Shown here: piece after piece, positions 8,995 through 18,396 of the stretch | Layout of the letters: each line of letters opens with the position of its first letter | Position numbering within the stretch: the first letter of the stretch is position 1 | Virus record (IMG/VR): IMGVR_UViG_3300037258_000145 | Span: 23,684 to 87,683 of that record | Reading direction: 5' to 3' (one strand) | Origin: a virus | DNA length: 64,000 nucleotides | The notes under the pieces: generated by a model | The model's input: only the letters and a program-made list of their open reading frames with translations | Told to the model about the DNA's origin: nothing | The model's database searches: none | Position numbers and translations under genes: made by a program

Positions 8995-10074
8995 CTAATA
9001 CACACGCGAAAACGGCCTCACAGCCGCCGCCGCCATCTTCTGGGCCGTCATGATCGTCTCTTCGATCGTGACTACCCTGCCGTCGCCCGTGATGCTGAGC
9101 GTCGCTAGACCTTGCTGTAACGCCCATGCTTTGGCGTACAGCGCCGTACCCTGTCTTACCCCTCTCGGCATCGCGGTCACCAGTACCGGGGCCGTGTGAG
9201 CGAACTGAGTGGGGTTTGCGAGGGTCAGGGTGCCCGGCCCCACAGGGACGATGACCGAACTCCAATAGGGCGTGGACGCGTTGGAGGGAGCCTGGACGCC
9301 TGACGGAGAACCGGGGCCGTTGGCGATGGTGCACTGCCAGGTATTGGCTGAGGTGTCGTTCACCAGCGCGCCGGGCCAGTAGTTGCCTGTCGATGAGTAC
9401 GTAGCCGGTGTCGGGTAGCTCACCGAGGCGCACTGCACCACCTCGGCGTTGGGGCCGTCCAGGATGTCGAGGGCGGCGCCGAGCATCCCGCACACCTCGT
9501 CGACCTGGATCGTCGCCGCGCTCTTGGCGCAGTTGGCCGTCAATTGGCCATGGGGCCAGCCGTGGAGATAGTTGACCCACCACTCCAGCCCACCGCGTCC
9601 CAGCCCTCCCCCATAGCCCCAACTGAGCCCACCTGCTATCTGGATGGCGTTGTTACCGCCTCCGAACCCCGCCGGGGCAGACGAGCCGTACACGCCGAGC
9701 GGTCGTCTCTCAGGCCACAGAGCGCCCGCCTGGGCCACGGTCCATGTCTTGGGGTACGCCACCTGTGCCGCCGTGAAAGCACCGAAGGGAACCGAGACGA
9801 TGGGGTTGTACGAGCACAGGAGCCGTCCGTTGCCGTTGGACAGGATCGAAGCGCGGTGATCGGGCATGTACCAGTCCTCAGAGACGTACTGGCAGGGGAG
9901 GGACTGGTTGCATTCCCGGTTGACCTCGGAGGTGGCGAACTCGCAGACGACGAGCAGAGCGGCGACATTGACCGGATCAGACGGCTTGGTACTGCCTGCC
10001 TGGCCCATCGTCGACCAGCTCACACCTAAAGGCATCGCTACCAGGTCGGCTGGCTCAAGGAAGGGGGCGGACAT
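8995..10074 (-). CDS. Head-tail connector/adaptor-like protein
   Basis: 359 aa downstream of capsid genes; ends ...MPRGVRQGTALYA...AAAAVRPFSRVY, typical of connectors. Confidence 0.55.
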   Translation of the reverse strand: MSAPFLEPADLVAMPLGVSWSTMGQAGSTKPSDPVNVAALLVVCEFATSEVNRECNQSLPCQYVSEDWYMPDHRASILSNGNGRLLCSYNPIVSVPFGAFTAAQVAYPKTWTVAQAGALWPERRPLGVYGSSAPAGFGGGNNAIQIAGGLSWGYGGGLGRGGLEWWVNYLHGWPHGQLTANCAKSAATIQVDEVCGMLGAALDILDGPNAEVVQCASVSYPTPATYSSTGNYWPGALVNDTSANTWQCTIANGPGSPSGVQAPSNASTPYWSSVIVPVGPGTLTLANPTQFAHTAPVLVTAMPRGVRQGTALYAKAWALQQGLATLSITGDGRVVTIEETIMTAQKMAAAAVRPFSRVY

Positions 10075-10280
10075 CAGCCCACCATAGCGATAGCGGCTTG
10101 GCGCACCTCAACTGGCTCAGAGCGTAGGCACCGGGCGCAGAGCTGGCGGTTGCCGTCGGAGATGTAGCGAACGTGCTTGGTGCACACCGACGTCCCACAG
10201 GAGCCGCAAATGGCCACGGGCGCGGGGTTGGCGCGACGCTTCATGCCGCCACACAACCCGCACCCGTTCGACTTCGCCAT
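10074..10280 (-). CDS. Small Cys/His zinc-finger protein
   Basis: CGLC, CGSC, CTKH, CARC. Confidence 0.55.
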   Translation of the reverse strand: MAKSNGCGLCGGMKRRANPAPVAICGSCGTSVCTKHVRYISDGNRQLCARCLRSEPVEVRQAAIAMVG

Positions 10281-10283
10281 TGC

Positions 10284-10667
10284 TTACTTGGCACTACCGG
10301 CTGTGACCTGCTCGCGATGGGAGGCGGCGAGGGCGCGGAGGGCTTGGCCCATTTCGAGTTGGCCCATCTGCTGCTCATGCTCCACGGCCAGTCTCTCGTC
10401 CACCGTCAAAGGCACGGACTTCGGCTGTACGCCTGAGTGCTGGACGGTGGCCAGGATGGCGGCTTCGCAGGCCGGGGCACACGAGATGCGCCATACCCGG
10501 TCCTGGTCGGACTCGAGCGCCGGCTCTTCGACGTCGACCGGCTCGACAGGGTCAAGGGACAGATCGGCATTGTCAGGCAACCGACGGACTTTTACGGTGT
10601 CGGTGATCTTGTGCTCATGACCGCCGATGGAGATGGAGGTCAAATCATGGTGTAAAAATACGGTCAT
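10284..10667 (-). CDS. Hypothetical protein in head gene cluster
   Basis: ATG 10667 with AAGGAG SD and ATGA overlap. Confidence 0.55.
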   Translation of the reverse strand: MTVFLHHDLTSISIGGHEHKITDTVKVRRLPDNADLSLDPVEPVDVEEPALESDQDRVWRISCAPACEAAILATVQHSGVQPKSVPLTVDERLAVEHEQQMGQLEMGQALRALAASHREQVTAGSAK

Positions 10668-11011
10668 TGGTCGTTCTCCTTTACTTCGGGATGTTCGCTG
10701 GGCTTTCCGGGGCCATCCATCACCATGGGCCCGCCGCATTTGGGACAAGGCGACTGCGCGTGAAATTGGAAGCCCGCGAAGCCGCATGTGAGACAGTGAG
10801 TGCCTTTGGACTTCGGCGGGTTGACAGAAGCGGCCTCGACGACAAAGCCGTCCGAGTTGCGCTTCATGGCGGCAATGTGTTCGGGATTGTTGACCTCGAT
10901 GTGACCGGCGCGGTTGGAGCGGTAAACAGTGCCGTCTTCCATCGTCACGCCGGTACAGCCTGTTGGGAGGCCGTCGCGCTTTTTGTAGGACTCAACCAGC
11001 ATGCGGGTCAC
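10664..11011 (-). CDS. Zn-ribbon protein in head gene cluster
   Basis: CLTC...CPKC. Confidence 0.55.
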   Translation of the reverse strand: MTRMLVESYKKRDGLPTGCTGVTMEDGTVYRSNRAGHIEVNNPEHIAAMKRNSDGFVVEAASVNPPKSKGTHCLTCGFAGFQFHAQSPCPKCGGPMVMDGPGKPSEHPEVKENDQ

Positions 11012-11469
11012 TCGGACTCACGCTCAACCGTCACGGGGCCATGTTGGTTGAGACGGTGAACAGACCCGTGCGAAGCCCAACCGGTCGCCACCGCCATAGC
11101 GTCAGCGATCATGCCGACCGTCCATGAGACCTCTTCGCGTGAACTGAAGTCCCACGACAAGCGCCCATCCAAGACCAAGCTCCAACGCCACGGACCGGGG
11201 TGCGGCTGGACTACGTACGGCTCGACAAGGCTCTGAGCCTCATCCGTGCTCTCGCCAGCGAGATTGGTGAACGGGTAAACCTGCTGGCCATCTTCATCGA
11301 CCGGGACCCGGAATACCTCGATATAGGGCACCTTGCACCCGCGGTACGAGACCTCGCAGAGCGTGACCGACGGGTTCCGGCTCATCATCATGACAAGAGG
11401 ACGATCCTCGCGACCCTCATCAACTTGAGCTTGCTCTAGGTGGGTCTGATCATCGGGTAATGGGGTCAT
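11008..11469 (-). CDS. Hypothetical protein
   Basis: 153-aa ORF with AGGAGG SD. Confidence 0.55.
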   Translation of the reverse strand: MTPLPDDQTHLEQAQVDEGREDRPLVMMMSRNPSVTLCEVSYRGCKVPYIEVFRVPVDEDGQQVYPFTNLAGESTDEAQSLVEPYVVQPHPGPWRWSLVLDGRLSWDFSSREEVSWTVGMIADAMAVATGWASHGSVHRLNQHGPVTVERESE

Positions 11470-11487
11470 TTTGGGGCCTCCTGGGGA

Positions 11488-12348
11488 CTAGGCGGGTGAG
11501 AGATAGGTGGATAGACGGGAGAAGTCGCGGGCCTTGATCTCGGCCTCGGAGAGACGAAGGACGGTGACGCCCTGCTCGGTGAGATAGGCATCTCGCACGG
11601 CCTCTCGGTCCGCATTGCGTCCGTCGTGGTAGTAGGCGCCGTCGGCCTCGATATCAAGACGTAGCGAGGGAACGTAGATGTCGAGCGTGTACGGGCCCTG
11701 AGGCTTGTGGACTAAGTAGGGGACCTCAGCCTCGGTCAGGTACGTCATGACGCCAGCCTCGGGCTTGGTGATGTGATGACCGCCCCTGATGCCGCGGTTC
11801 GCTTTGGCAATCGAGGTCAGAATGGGTTCTCGCTCGGCAGGTCCCATCTTCGCCCAACGGGCTTTGGCCGACTCGCTAGCCTTCTCCCTGGACTCAGGGG
11901 TCCACTTGCGGTAGGGGTTCTTCTTGCGATCAAGCCGGACCTGCGCCAACAGAGTGCGAAAGCGGTCGGCGTATTCGGGGTCGCTCTTGATCCAGCGGAA
12001 GTGCTGAGTGAACTCAACGCCCGACTTGGCACCGGCCGGTTTCAGCCAGTGAGTCTCAGCGAAGGCCGTCAAGAGAGCGTCCTGACGTTCCCTTTTGCGC
12101 TCTTCGTCAACCGGTCGACCGGTGCCTGTTGCCCGACCAGTTTTCAAGCCCTCGGCTTGACGCTCAAGGGTGACGATCTCCATGGCCTCTCGGTACTCAG
12201 GATCACTGAGCAGCCAGCGCTCATGTCGAGAACGAGGAATGCCGACGCGTTCGCAGGAAGAAGTGATGTGCCCCGACTCCCTGTAGTGCGTCAGCATCTC
12301 TTCCTTCCAGGCCGCTTGTACTTCCGGGGCCGGTCCTTTTCTGGGCAT
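11488..12348 (-). CDS. Free-standing Vsr/DUF559-type endonuclease with two HTH repeats and a NUMOD3-like motif
   Basis: C-terminal PYTLDIYVPSLRLDIEADGAYYH...RDAYLTEQGVTVLRL; repeats RWLLSDPEY/RWIKSDPEY; WTPESREKASES. Confidence 0.75.
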   Translation of the reverse strand: MPRKGPAPEVQAAWKEEMLTHYRESGHITSSCERVGIPRSRHERWLLSDPEYREAMEIVTLERQAEGLKTGRATGTGRPVDEERKRERQDALLTAFAETHWLKPAGAKSGVEFTQHFRWIKSDPEYADRFRTLLAQVRLDRKKNPYRKWTPESREKASESAKARWAKMGPAEREPILTSIAKANRGIRGGHHITKPEAGVMTYLTEAEVPYLVHKPQGPYTLDIYVPSLRLDIEADGAYYHDGRNADREAVRDAYLTEQGVTVLRLSEAEIKARDFSRLSTYLSPA

Positions 12349-12355
12349 CGTACAA

Positions 12356-12403
12356 ATCTCCTAGGGCTAGGCACACTCGGCCTTGACCCTAGGAGATAGC
12401 TTA
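12356..12403 (-). promoter_or_regulatory. -10 box plus 11-bp hairpin sequestering the endonuclease SD
   Basis: ATCTCCTAGGG (12356-12366) / CCCTAGGAGAT (12387-12397) perfect inverted repeat containing AGGAGA; TAAGCT at 12403-12398. Confidence 0.6.
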
Positions 12404-12509
12404 CCACCTTTTGTTACCCCAATACTATCGATCCATCCTTATGACACGGTGTTCTGAAGCAGTGCTGCATTCCCGTGACTTGCGGCGTCTTTAGAATTGG
12501 GGTGCACGC

Positions 12510-14498
12510 TCAAAAATACGGCGTTGACGTGCCTGAAGACTGTTGAAGACCGCTAATCAATCCTAAATATTGGGGTGCGGCACAAAAGAATGAGCCGAAA
12601 CGAAGGATGCTTTGCCTGAACGTAGGATCGATTACCGGCCAGCCGATCTGCGCGTAGTCCTGGACCATCACGTTCTCCATGACGTTGCCCAGGTTGTTTT
12701 GCGTCTGGGGCAGCGTGTAGGACAGGAACAATGCCATGCCCTGGGTCATGTACGGATGGACCACGATCTCGGGCATGGACCTCGTGACCGGGTTGACCAC
12801 GTTGGACACGGCGGCGCCGGCGGTAACGCCGGCCATCTCGGTCTGTTGGATCCGGAGCTGATAAGCGGCTACGGATTCGGACAGGATCGAGTTGTTGAGC
12901 GTGGTGGCGTCGTTGGGGCTCGTCATGATCTCGCTCGGGTTGGCGAAGTAGCCGTTGGTCCCGTTGAACATTTGCTGGAGGGCGGTTTGGACCACGCTCA
13001 CGTTGAGCGGGAGCCCTATGCCCTCTTTGTAGTAGCCGGGGTTGACGGCCGGGGAGCTTCCGGGGCCGGGGTAGGGGCCTGAGCCTGAGTTGTAGCTCCG
13101 ACCGCTGACGACGGCGATGATCGACTCCATGCGGTTCGTGGAGCCGGTGCCGGTGTCCGCGCTCGGGGGGTTGGCTCCCGTGGTGGGCAGCGCGCCCTGG
13201 AGCGTGAACTTGGTGGCGCCGACGATCCCGTTCAGGGTGTTGAGGCCGACGAACTGGAACAGGCTGGTCCGGGCGGGCTGGGTCGAGGAGTTGTTCCCGA
13301 TGTAGATCTTGTAGCCCATGGCCCCGTTTACGAGCGGCAGGGTTACGTCGATCACCGAGGTTCCCGTGGTGGCCGTGGTGGACTCGGCGGCAGTGGCGTT
13401 GTAGGTTGTCTCGCCCCAGAAGTCGAGCGCCGTCACGGTGACCCAGATGTTGGTACCACCGGCAAAGGTGATCGGGGTCTCGCCCGTTCCGGCGTTCCTG
13501 GTGGCGATCGTGGCCGTGGTCGGAGTGGCCAGGGCTTGCGAGCTGGACGCCAGGATGTCGTGCTCTTCGAGCAGCATGAACTCTTGGAGCAGGATCATCG
13601 CCGCCAAACCGAACACGTCATCGTAGCCCTGGCCCGCGAATTGGGCCAGCCAGGACACGCCTTCAGTCAGGGCGAAGAACTTGTACGGGATCATCAGGTC
13701 GTACGCCGTCTGGGTGCCCGAAGCCGGCAACGCGTTGGGCCAGGACGAGAAGCTGCCGCCGAAGAACTCAGAGGTGGAGTCGTCCTGGAGGGTACCGAGC
13801 TGGCCCGGGAGCGAACCGGTGATGCTCGCCATGATCTTGGCCCGGTGGTACGTGCCCTGGCCGGGAACGCGCGGGAGCTTGTTCCGGAGCAGGGTGTACA
13901 CGGGGTAGATCGTGCGCACGAACGGCACCAGGTCGTAGGGCACGAAGCCGGACGACAGGGGGCTTGTCAGGGCGATGGTCTTGTTCGACCGTCCTTTGCC
14001 GCCCTTTAGGAGCGACTGGCTCATGTTCTGGGCCGAGAATTGCGTCATGAACTGCATCGGTCCGCGCAGTTCAGGGCAGAAGCTCTTTAGGACCTTGTCG
14101 CCCTTGTACATGGACTTGTGGATCACTTCGTCCAAGGTGGCGGAGGCGAACGCCTCCAGGCGGGCTGAGGTGTTCATGTCGAGCCCGGCACCGTTCAGGC
14201 GCATGGCGGGGTCCTGGATGCGGGCTCCTGCGCTCTTGAGGGCCGGGTTGATGTCCCAGCGCTGGCCGATGTTCTGGGTCCCGTAGCCGCCGATGAGACC
14301 CTTCAGGGCCGCACTGCGGACTTCGGACGCCTTGGAGTAACGACCGCCTTCGATGGCGTCCTGCCAGTCGAGCACGCCGAGCCCGCCGCGGTGAGAACCA
14401 CCGGGAGCTTGGTCGAGCCTGGACTTCAGGCTGGTAAAGGGATTGACGTTCAGGTCTCCCTGCGCGCCTTGCTCCCGTGAGAATGCGGTAAAGGTCAG
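12510..14498 (-). CDS. Major capsid protein; probable CTG start
   Basis: Follows protease/scaffold; GFVPYDL...IYPVYTLLRNKLPRVPGQG, LEEHDIL, IVVHPYMTQG. Frame extends 41 codons above the track start to AGGAGGGCAT-CTG ACC TTT. Confidence 0.8.
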   Translation of the reverse strand: MTFTAFSREQGAQGDLNVNPFTSLKSRLDQAPGGSHRGGLGVLDWQDAIEGGRYSKASEVRSAALKGLIGGYGTQNIGQRWDINPALKSAGARIQDPAMRLNGAGLDMNTSARLEAFASATLDEVIHKSMYKGDKVLKSFCPELRGPMQFMTQFSAQNMSQSLLKGGKGRSNKTIALTSPLSSGFVPYDLVPFVRTIYPVYTLLRNKLPRVPGQGTYHRAKIMASITGSLPGQLGTLQDDSTSEFFGGSFSSWPNALPASGTQTAYDLMIPYKFFALTEGVSWLAQFAGQGYDDVFGLAAMILLQEFMLLEEHDILASSSQALATPTTATIATRNAGTGETPITFAGGTNIWVTVTALDFWGETTYNATAAESTTATTGTSVIDVTLPLVNGAMGYKIYIGNNSSTQPARTSLFQFVGLNTLNGIVGATKFTLQGALPTTGANPPSADTGTGSTNRMESIIAVVSGRSYNSGSGPYPGPGSSPAVNPGYYKEGIGLPLNVSVVQTALQQMFNGTNGYFANPSEIMTSPNDATTLNNSILSESVAAYQLRIQQTEMAGVTAGAAVSNVVNPVTRSMPEIVVHPYMTQGMALFLSYTLPQTQNNLGNVMENVMVQDYAQIGWPVIDPTFRQSILRFGSFFCAAPQYLGLISGLQQSSGTSTPYF

Positions 14499-14514
14499 AT
14501 GCCCTCCTGGGGTA

Positions 14515-17367
14515 TCAGTCGTCAGAGACCATGGCGATAGCGAACTGCTCGGGAGTCAGTTCTTCCATGGCCTGAGCGATCGCGGGTCCCGCGATCTGCG
14601 AATTGGGGGAATGGATGCCGCTTTTCAGCCGCTTGATCTTGGCGTGGACCTCGGCCAGCTTTTTGCTGTCCACAAGGTCGGGAGTGGGCCGGAATGCCGT
14701 ACCGGTCTGGCGGGCCTTGCGGGCTCGGGGATCGGGTGCCCGAAGGGCGGTCCTCACCTCGGCCTTGAAGGCTTCGAGCTCGGCCCTGGTTATCGTCACC
14801 GTGTCACCTTTCTGGCTCTTGTTCGCCTTTGCCTTGCGGGCCTTACCTTGGTCCGCACCCTTCTCGGGTGCCTTTGGGCCTTTGGCCTTGGCCGCGCCTG
14901 CGGTAGAGGCGGGAGTCAATCTGCCGTCATTGGTGCCTGCTGGTTTCGGTAGGGGGACGGGCTTGGCCGTCGCTTGGTACATGGCGTCTGGTTGGCCCAT
15001 GACGTCGTCGGGGGTGACATCGTTCGGATAGATGCCACCGTCTTTGTCGGCACTGTCGTGCATGGGGCAGATGCCGGGGAAGTTGCGGGCGATGTGGTCG
15101 TGCAGCATGGCCGCTACGTCGCCGTCGCCCTTGTCGCTGTTCTTGTAGAACACCCGCGCCGACGTCGGCGGGGCCAGCTCGGCGGCGGGCTTGTCCTTCT
15201 TGCCCTTCCGGGAGCCTTTCTTGCTCTTGGGCAGGCTGGCAGCCGAGACGCCGGGAGTGGGAGACGGACGAGCTTCGTTCGGGATCTGGCTAGTCCGGTT
15301 GAAGTCGGATGGCCCGAAGGTCGGGGCCATGCCCGGTGTGGGGATAGCGAACCCACCCGTCGGGGTGTCAGAGGTCGCACCGGACAGGAACGGGCGCTTG
15401 AACTGGTCAGGCGAGTTGAGCGTGAACCCCGTACCGGTCATGGTCGGGTACGCCGCTTCCATCGCCTTGTGAGCCGCCGTGCGCAGCCGTTCAAAGGTCG
15501 GGGTCGCCATCTGGCTGAGCTTGGTGGCCGCGGCCAACGAGTCGTAGGCGCGGGTGACGTCGCTCTCGCGTCCCTTGTCCTTGGCCATCTGGTAAGCGGT
15601 GGCGAAGTAAGAGGGGTCGATCGACTTGAGGGCTGACTCGGCGTCCACGGCGTAGACGGGGCACAGGGCATCGTGAGCGGCCAGGGCAGGCAGAGGAACG
15701 TGGCGGGACTTGTTGGCTCGCTTGGCTTTCTTCTTGTCCTTCTTGGCCTTGCGCTTCATACACATCTTGCACTTGCCACACTTGCCGCTGTCGCAGTTGG
15801 CGGGCATGGCGTCGTCAGGATCACCGTCGTCTCCACTCGGGGGCGGGGCGTCGTCATCGGTAGCATCGGCGCTGTCAGCCGGGGGGGCGTCCTTGGCTGC
15901 CTTCGGGGCAACCGGAGGAGCTTCCTTGTTGGCGATGTTGTCCTCGTCGGCATCCTGCGCGTCGTCCAGCACCTCTACGGCGTCTTGGACGTTGTCGAGG
16001 GCGTCGTCCACGATGTCATCCCCCGCTGTGGGCGGGTGATCCTCGGTATCGGCGTCCTGGGCGTCAGAGACATCGCCGGTGGCGTCCATCAGTTCATCGA
16101 TAGCGTCAGACACGTCGTCGTCGGTATCAGGTACTCCGTCATCATTGGAGTCATCCTGCTTGGCCGCTACGGGCTTGGTCTTCTTGGCCTTTTTGAAATC
16201 CATCGGGACCTGGCCGGCGCCTTCGCAGTCAGGGCACTTGCGGTTGCCCATCATGATCGTGCCTGAGCCCTTGCAGGTGGGACATGCCTTGTTGCCCTCG
16301 GTCGGGTCCTTACCGTCGAGACCGCTGGCCGCGGCTGCCTTGGTGGACTTGGCCGTGCATGCCGGGCACTTGCCGCAATCGCCAGACTCGCAATCCTTCA
16401 TCTGCTTCCCTTTCTTGACGCCCCAGCTGTCCGGCAGCTCGGCTGTAAAGCTCGGGCCCTTACGCTTGCACAGGGCTATGAGCTTGGATTTGAACTCTTC
16501 GAAGGTGGTAGAGCCCTTGTACCGGCCCCATGAACTGACGGCATCAGAGACATCGGCCGGAGTGACGACAGGGAACTTGCCATCTCCCTCGTCAGGCAGT
16601 ACGAAGTCGGCCGGGTCGAGCTTGTCCCGGTCCACTCCTCCACCGACATCGGGGTCCATGTCCCGCTTGAAAGCGGCATACCAGTGCGCCGCGGCCAGTG
16701 TCTTTTCGGCTCGGTAGACCATGGCCCGCTTGAGCGCCCTGGTGATCCCGTCGCCTGTCTCGTCTGTTACCGGCACCTCGTCAATACGCGCGGCACCGCG
16801 CGCTTCTGGTTCGCTGGACAGTCCGAACAGGTCGGGGGCTTGGCCCTTCGCCTTGGACTTGGCCATGACGAAGCGAGGCACCTTGGTCTTTTCCTTGGTC
16901 CCGGACACGCCCTCGATGTGAGCGTTCGGGTTCGCCCCGGCGTCAACCAGCGACACCTCACGCGCCCAGCCTCCGACCATTCGGCCGTTGGGGGCTTCGG
17001 GGTCACGGACGTATTCAGGGTCGTACCAGCCAACCGAAAAGTCCTTGTAGACGCCATTGAGCACGTGCTGGACGGCAGTCGGCTCATAAACATGCGCCCG
17101 GATACTCGACCCGTCTTCGGGATCGACTTCCAGGGCTATGCCGTTGCCCGCGGGCGGATAATATTCGCAGTGCTGACCGAACACCGCAGCGCCACCTTGG
17201 TACCAGTCAGATAAGGCCTTGGCGGCAAAGTCAGCATCGACTATCTCGCCGTCTGAGTCCAGGGAATCGTCGGTCACCTTGCCCCAGACGATCACCGAAC
17301 CGTCGGGCTGTTCCTTGCGCTTGGTGATCGGATGATAGGTACGACGGAGCGCGGGCCTAGTAGCCAG
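14515..17367 (-). CDS. Prohead protease-scaffold fusion with extra domains; probable CTG start
   Basis: IVWGKVTDDSLDSDGEIVD...GVYKDFSVG...EVSLVDAGANP (HK97-type protease), CxxCxGxG zinc motifs, acidic tract; TGA AGG CGG CAT CTG start context. Confidence 0.8.
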   Translation of the reverse strand: MATRPALRRTYHPITKRKEQPDGSVIVWGKVTDDSLDSDGEIVDADFAAKALSDWYQGGAAVFGQHCEYYPPAGNGIALEVDPEDGSSIRAHVYEPTAVQHVLNGVYKDFSVGWYDPEYVRDPEAPNGRMVGGWAREVSLVDAGANPNAHIEGVSGTKEKTKVPRFVMAKSKAKGQAPDLFGLSSEPEARGAARIDEVPVTDETGDGITRALKRAMVYRAEKTLAAAHWYAAFKRDMDPDVGGGVDRDKLDPADFVLPDEGDGKFPVVTPADVSDAVSSWGRYKGSTTFEEFKSKLIALCKRKGPSFTAELPDSWGVKKGKQMKDCESGDCGKCPACTAKSTKAAAASGLDGKDPTEGNKACPTCKGSGTIMMGNRKCPDCEGAGQVPMDFKKAKKTKPVAAKQDDSNDDGVPDTDDDVSDAIDELMDATGDVSDAQDADTEDHPPTAGDDIVDDALDNVQDAVEVLDDAQDADEDNIANKEAPPVAPKAAKDAPPADSADATDDDAPPPSGDDGDPDDAMPANCDSGKCGKCKMCMKRKAKKDKKKAKRANKSRHVPLPALAAHDALCPVYAVDAESALKSIDPSYFATAYQMAKDKGRESDVTRAYDSLAAATKLSQMATPTFERLRTAAHKAMEAAYPTMTGTGFTLNSPDQFKRPFLSGATSDTPTGGFAIPTPGMAPTFGPSDFNRTSQIPNEARPSPTPGVSAASLPKSKKGSRKGKKDKPAAELAPPTSARVFYKNSDKGDGDVAAMLHDHIARNFPGICPMHDSADKDGGIYPNDVTPDDVMGQPDAMYQATAKPVPLPKPAGTNDGRLTPASTAGAAKAKGPKAPEKGADQGKARKAKANKSQKGDTVTITRAELEAFKAEVRTALRAPDPRARKARQTGTAFRPTPDLVDSKKLAEVHAKIKRLKSGIHSPNSQIAGPAIAQAMEELTPEQFAIAMVSDD
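16782..16806. repeat. Dispersed palindrome copy 2 (1-nt deletion)
   Basis: CAATA-CGCGCGGCACCGCGCG-CTTC inside the protease gene. Confidence 0.75.
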
Positions 17368-17465
17368 ATGCCGCCTTCAGCGCTCGACCAGTCATTGGCC
17401 GAAAATCCTAGCCCGTTCGGCGTCGTCGTGGTTGGACCGGCACCACAGGAGCCCGCCTACGGGGG

Positions 17466-17648
17466 TCAGGAGCGCTCTAGCCCTACCCACTTCACGGCTA
17501 GGCAACTCCAGCACAGCAACCAACTGGCCCGCTTACGACCGTCTACAGCCAGGCTCAGCTTGTGTAGGGAGTGGTCATGCTCTCCGCAGTCGCTACAGCG
17601 GCCGAGTCGCGCGCGTGCGACTGGTTTGCGCTTGTGGTGCTTGCTCAG
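17466..17648 (-). CDS. Small Zn-finger protein with CTGA-coupled start
   Basis: (L)SKHHKRK...CSDC...CWSC; CTG overlaps the upstream TGA. Confidence 0.4.
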   Translation of the reverse strand: MSKHHKRKPVARARLGRCSDCGEHDHSLHKLSLAVDGRKRASWLLCWSCLAVKWVGLERS

Positions 17649-18052
17649 TGGACGTAGCCGGCGAGAACGGCGCTGATGACCGCGGCCGAGCCCGTCACAG
17701 CCAGGGTCAACGCGTTTCCGCTGCCGCCCGCCGAGGTGATCGACACGATAACCGGAGCCAGGGGCAGGGTCACTCCACACGTAATCGTGGCCAGGACGGT
17801 AGGCCCGGCCGCGTCGGTCAGGGTGATAGTGCCCGACGGTCCGCCCGCGAACACGACCAGGGCGCCGCGGAAGGTCTTGCCCGAGGGCACGGTGTACAAC
17901 ACGCCCGTCGTTTCCAACTCCACAGCCACGATGTTGCCAAGGGTGACGCCGTTGACCTGGGCTTGGGTGCCCTGATTGGGCAGGAGGCTGATGTTGCCGT
18001 TTACGGGATCGACCTTGACGAGACTGGCGGGGTTCGGGACGATGGTAGCCAC
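17645..18052 (-). CDS. Small beta-rich protein (possible capsid decoration), leaderless
   Basis: V/T/G/A-rich 135 aa; TAGGAT 6 nt before GTG. Confidence 0.5.
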   Translation of the reverse strand: MATIVPNPASLVKVDPVNGNISLLPNQGTQAQVNGVTLGNIVAVELETTGVLYTVPSGKTFRGALVVFAGGPSGTITLTDAAGPTVLATITCGVTLPLAPVIVSITSAGGSGNALTLAVTGSAAVISAVLAGYVH

Positions 18053-18189
18053 GGGGCTTATCCTACGTCCGGTCTTGGCTCAGGGGTGGGATGGCCGGTC
18101 AGGACTTGCCGTGGATGGAGACCCCTCAACGTCTCAGGTTTTCTCTCCCGAGACGAAACCGGCCACCCGAGCTGTGAGCTTGTACCCGC

Positions 18190-18396
18190 TCAAGAACCTA
18201 CCAAAAGTCCGAGACTGACGAACAGGAGCACCAGCAACCCGAAAGCTCCGATGGCCCACGCATACGGCCGGCCGAGAGGGATCACGCCGAACAACAGTCC
18301 GACCGCGGCCACGATCACGGCAATGAGAAAGAACAGTTGGGCGAGGTTCTGGTCCTGAGCAACGATGACAGCTAGCACGTTGGCGATCCTACCCAT
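18190..18396 (-). CDS. Two-TM membrane protein
   Basis: Two long hydrophobic segments. Confidence 0.6.
   Translation of the reverse strand: MGRIANVLAVIVAQDQNLAQLFFLIAVIVAAVGLLFGVIPLGRPYAWAIGAFGLLVLLFVSLGLLVGS

Noticed and set aside
18090-18170. Hammerhead ribozyme (GUC...GAAAC pairing)
   Set aside because: The CUGANGA core is missing.
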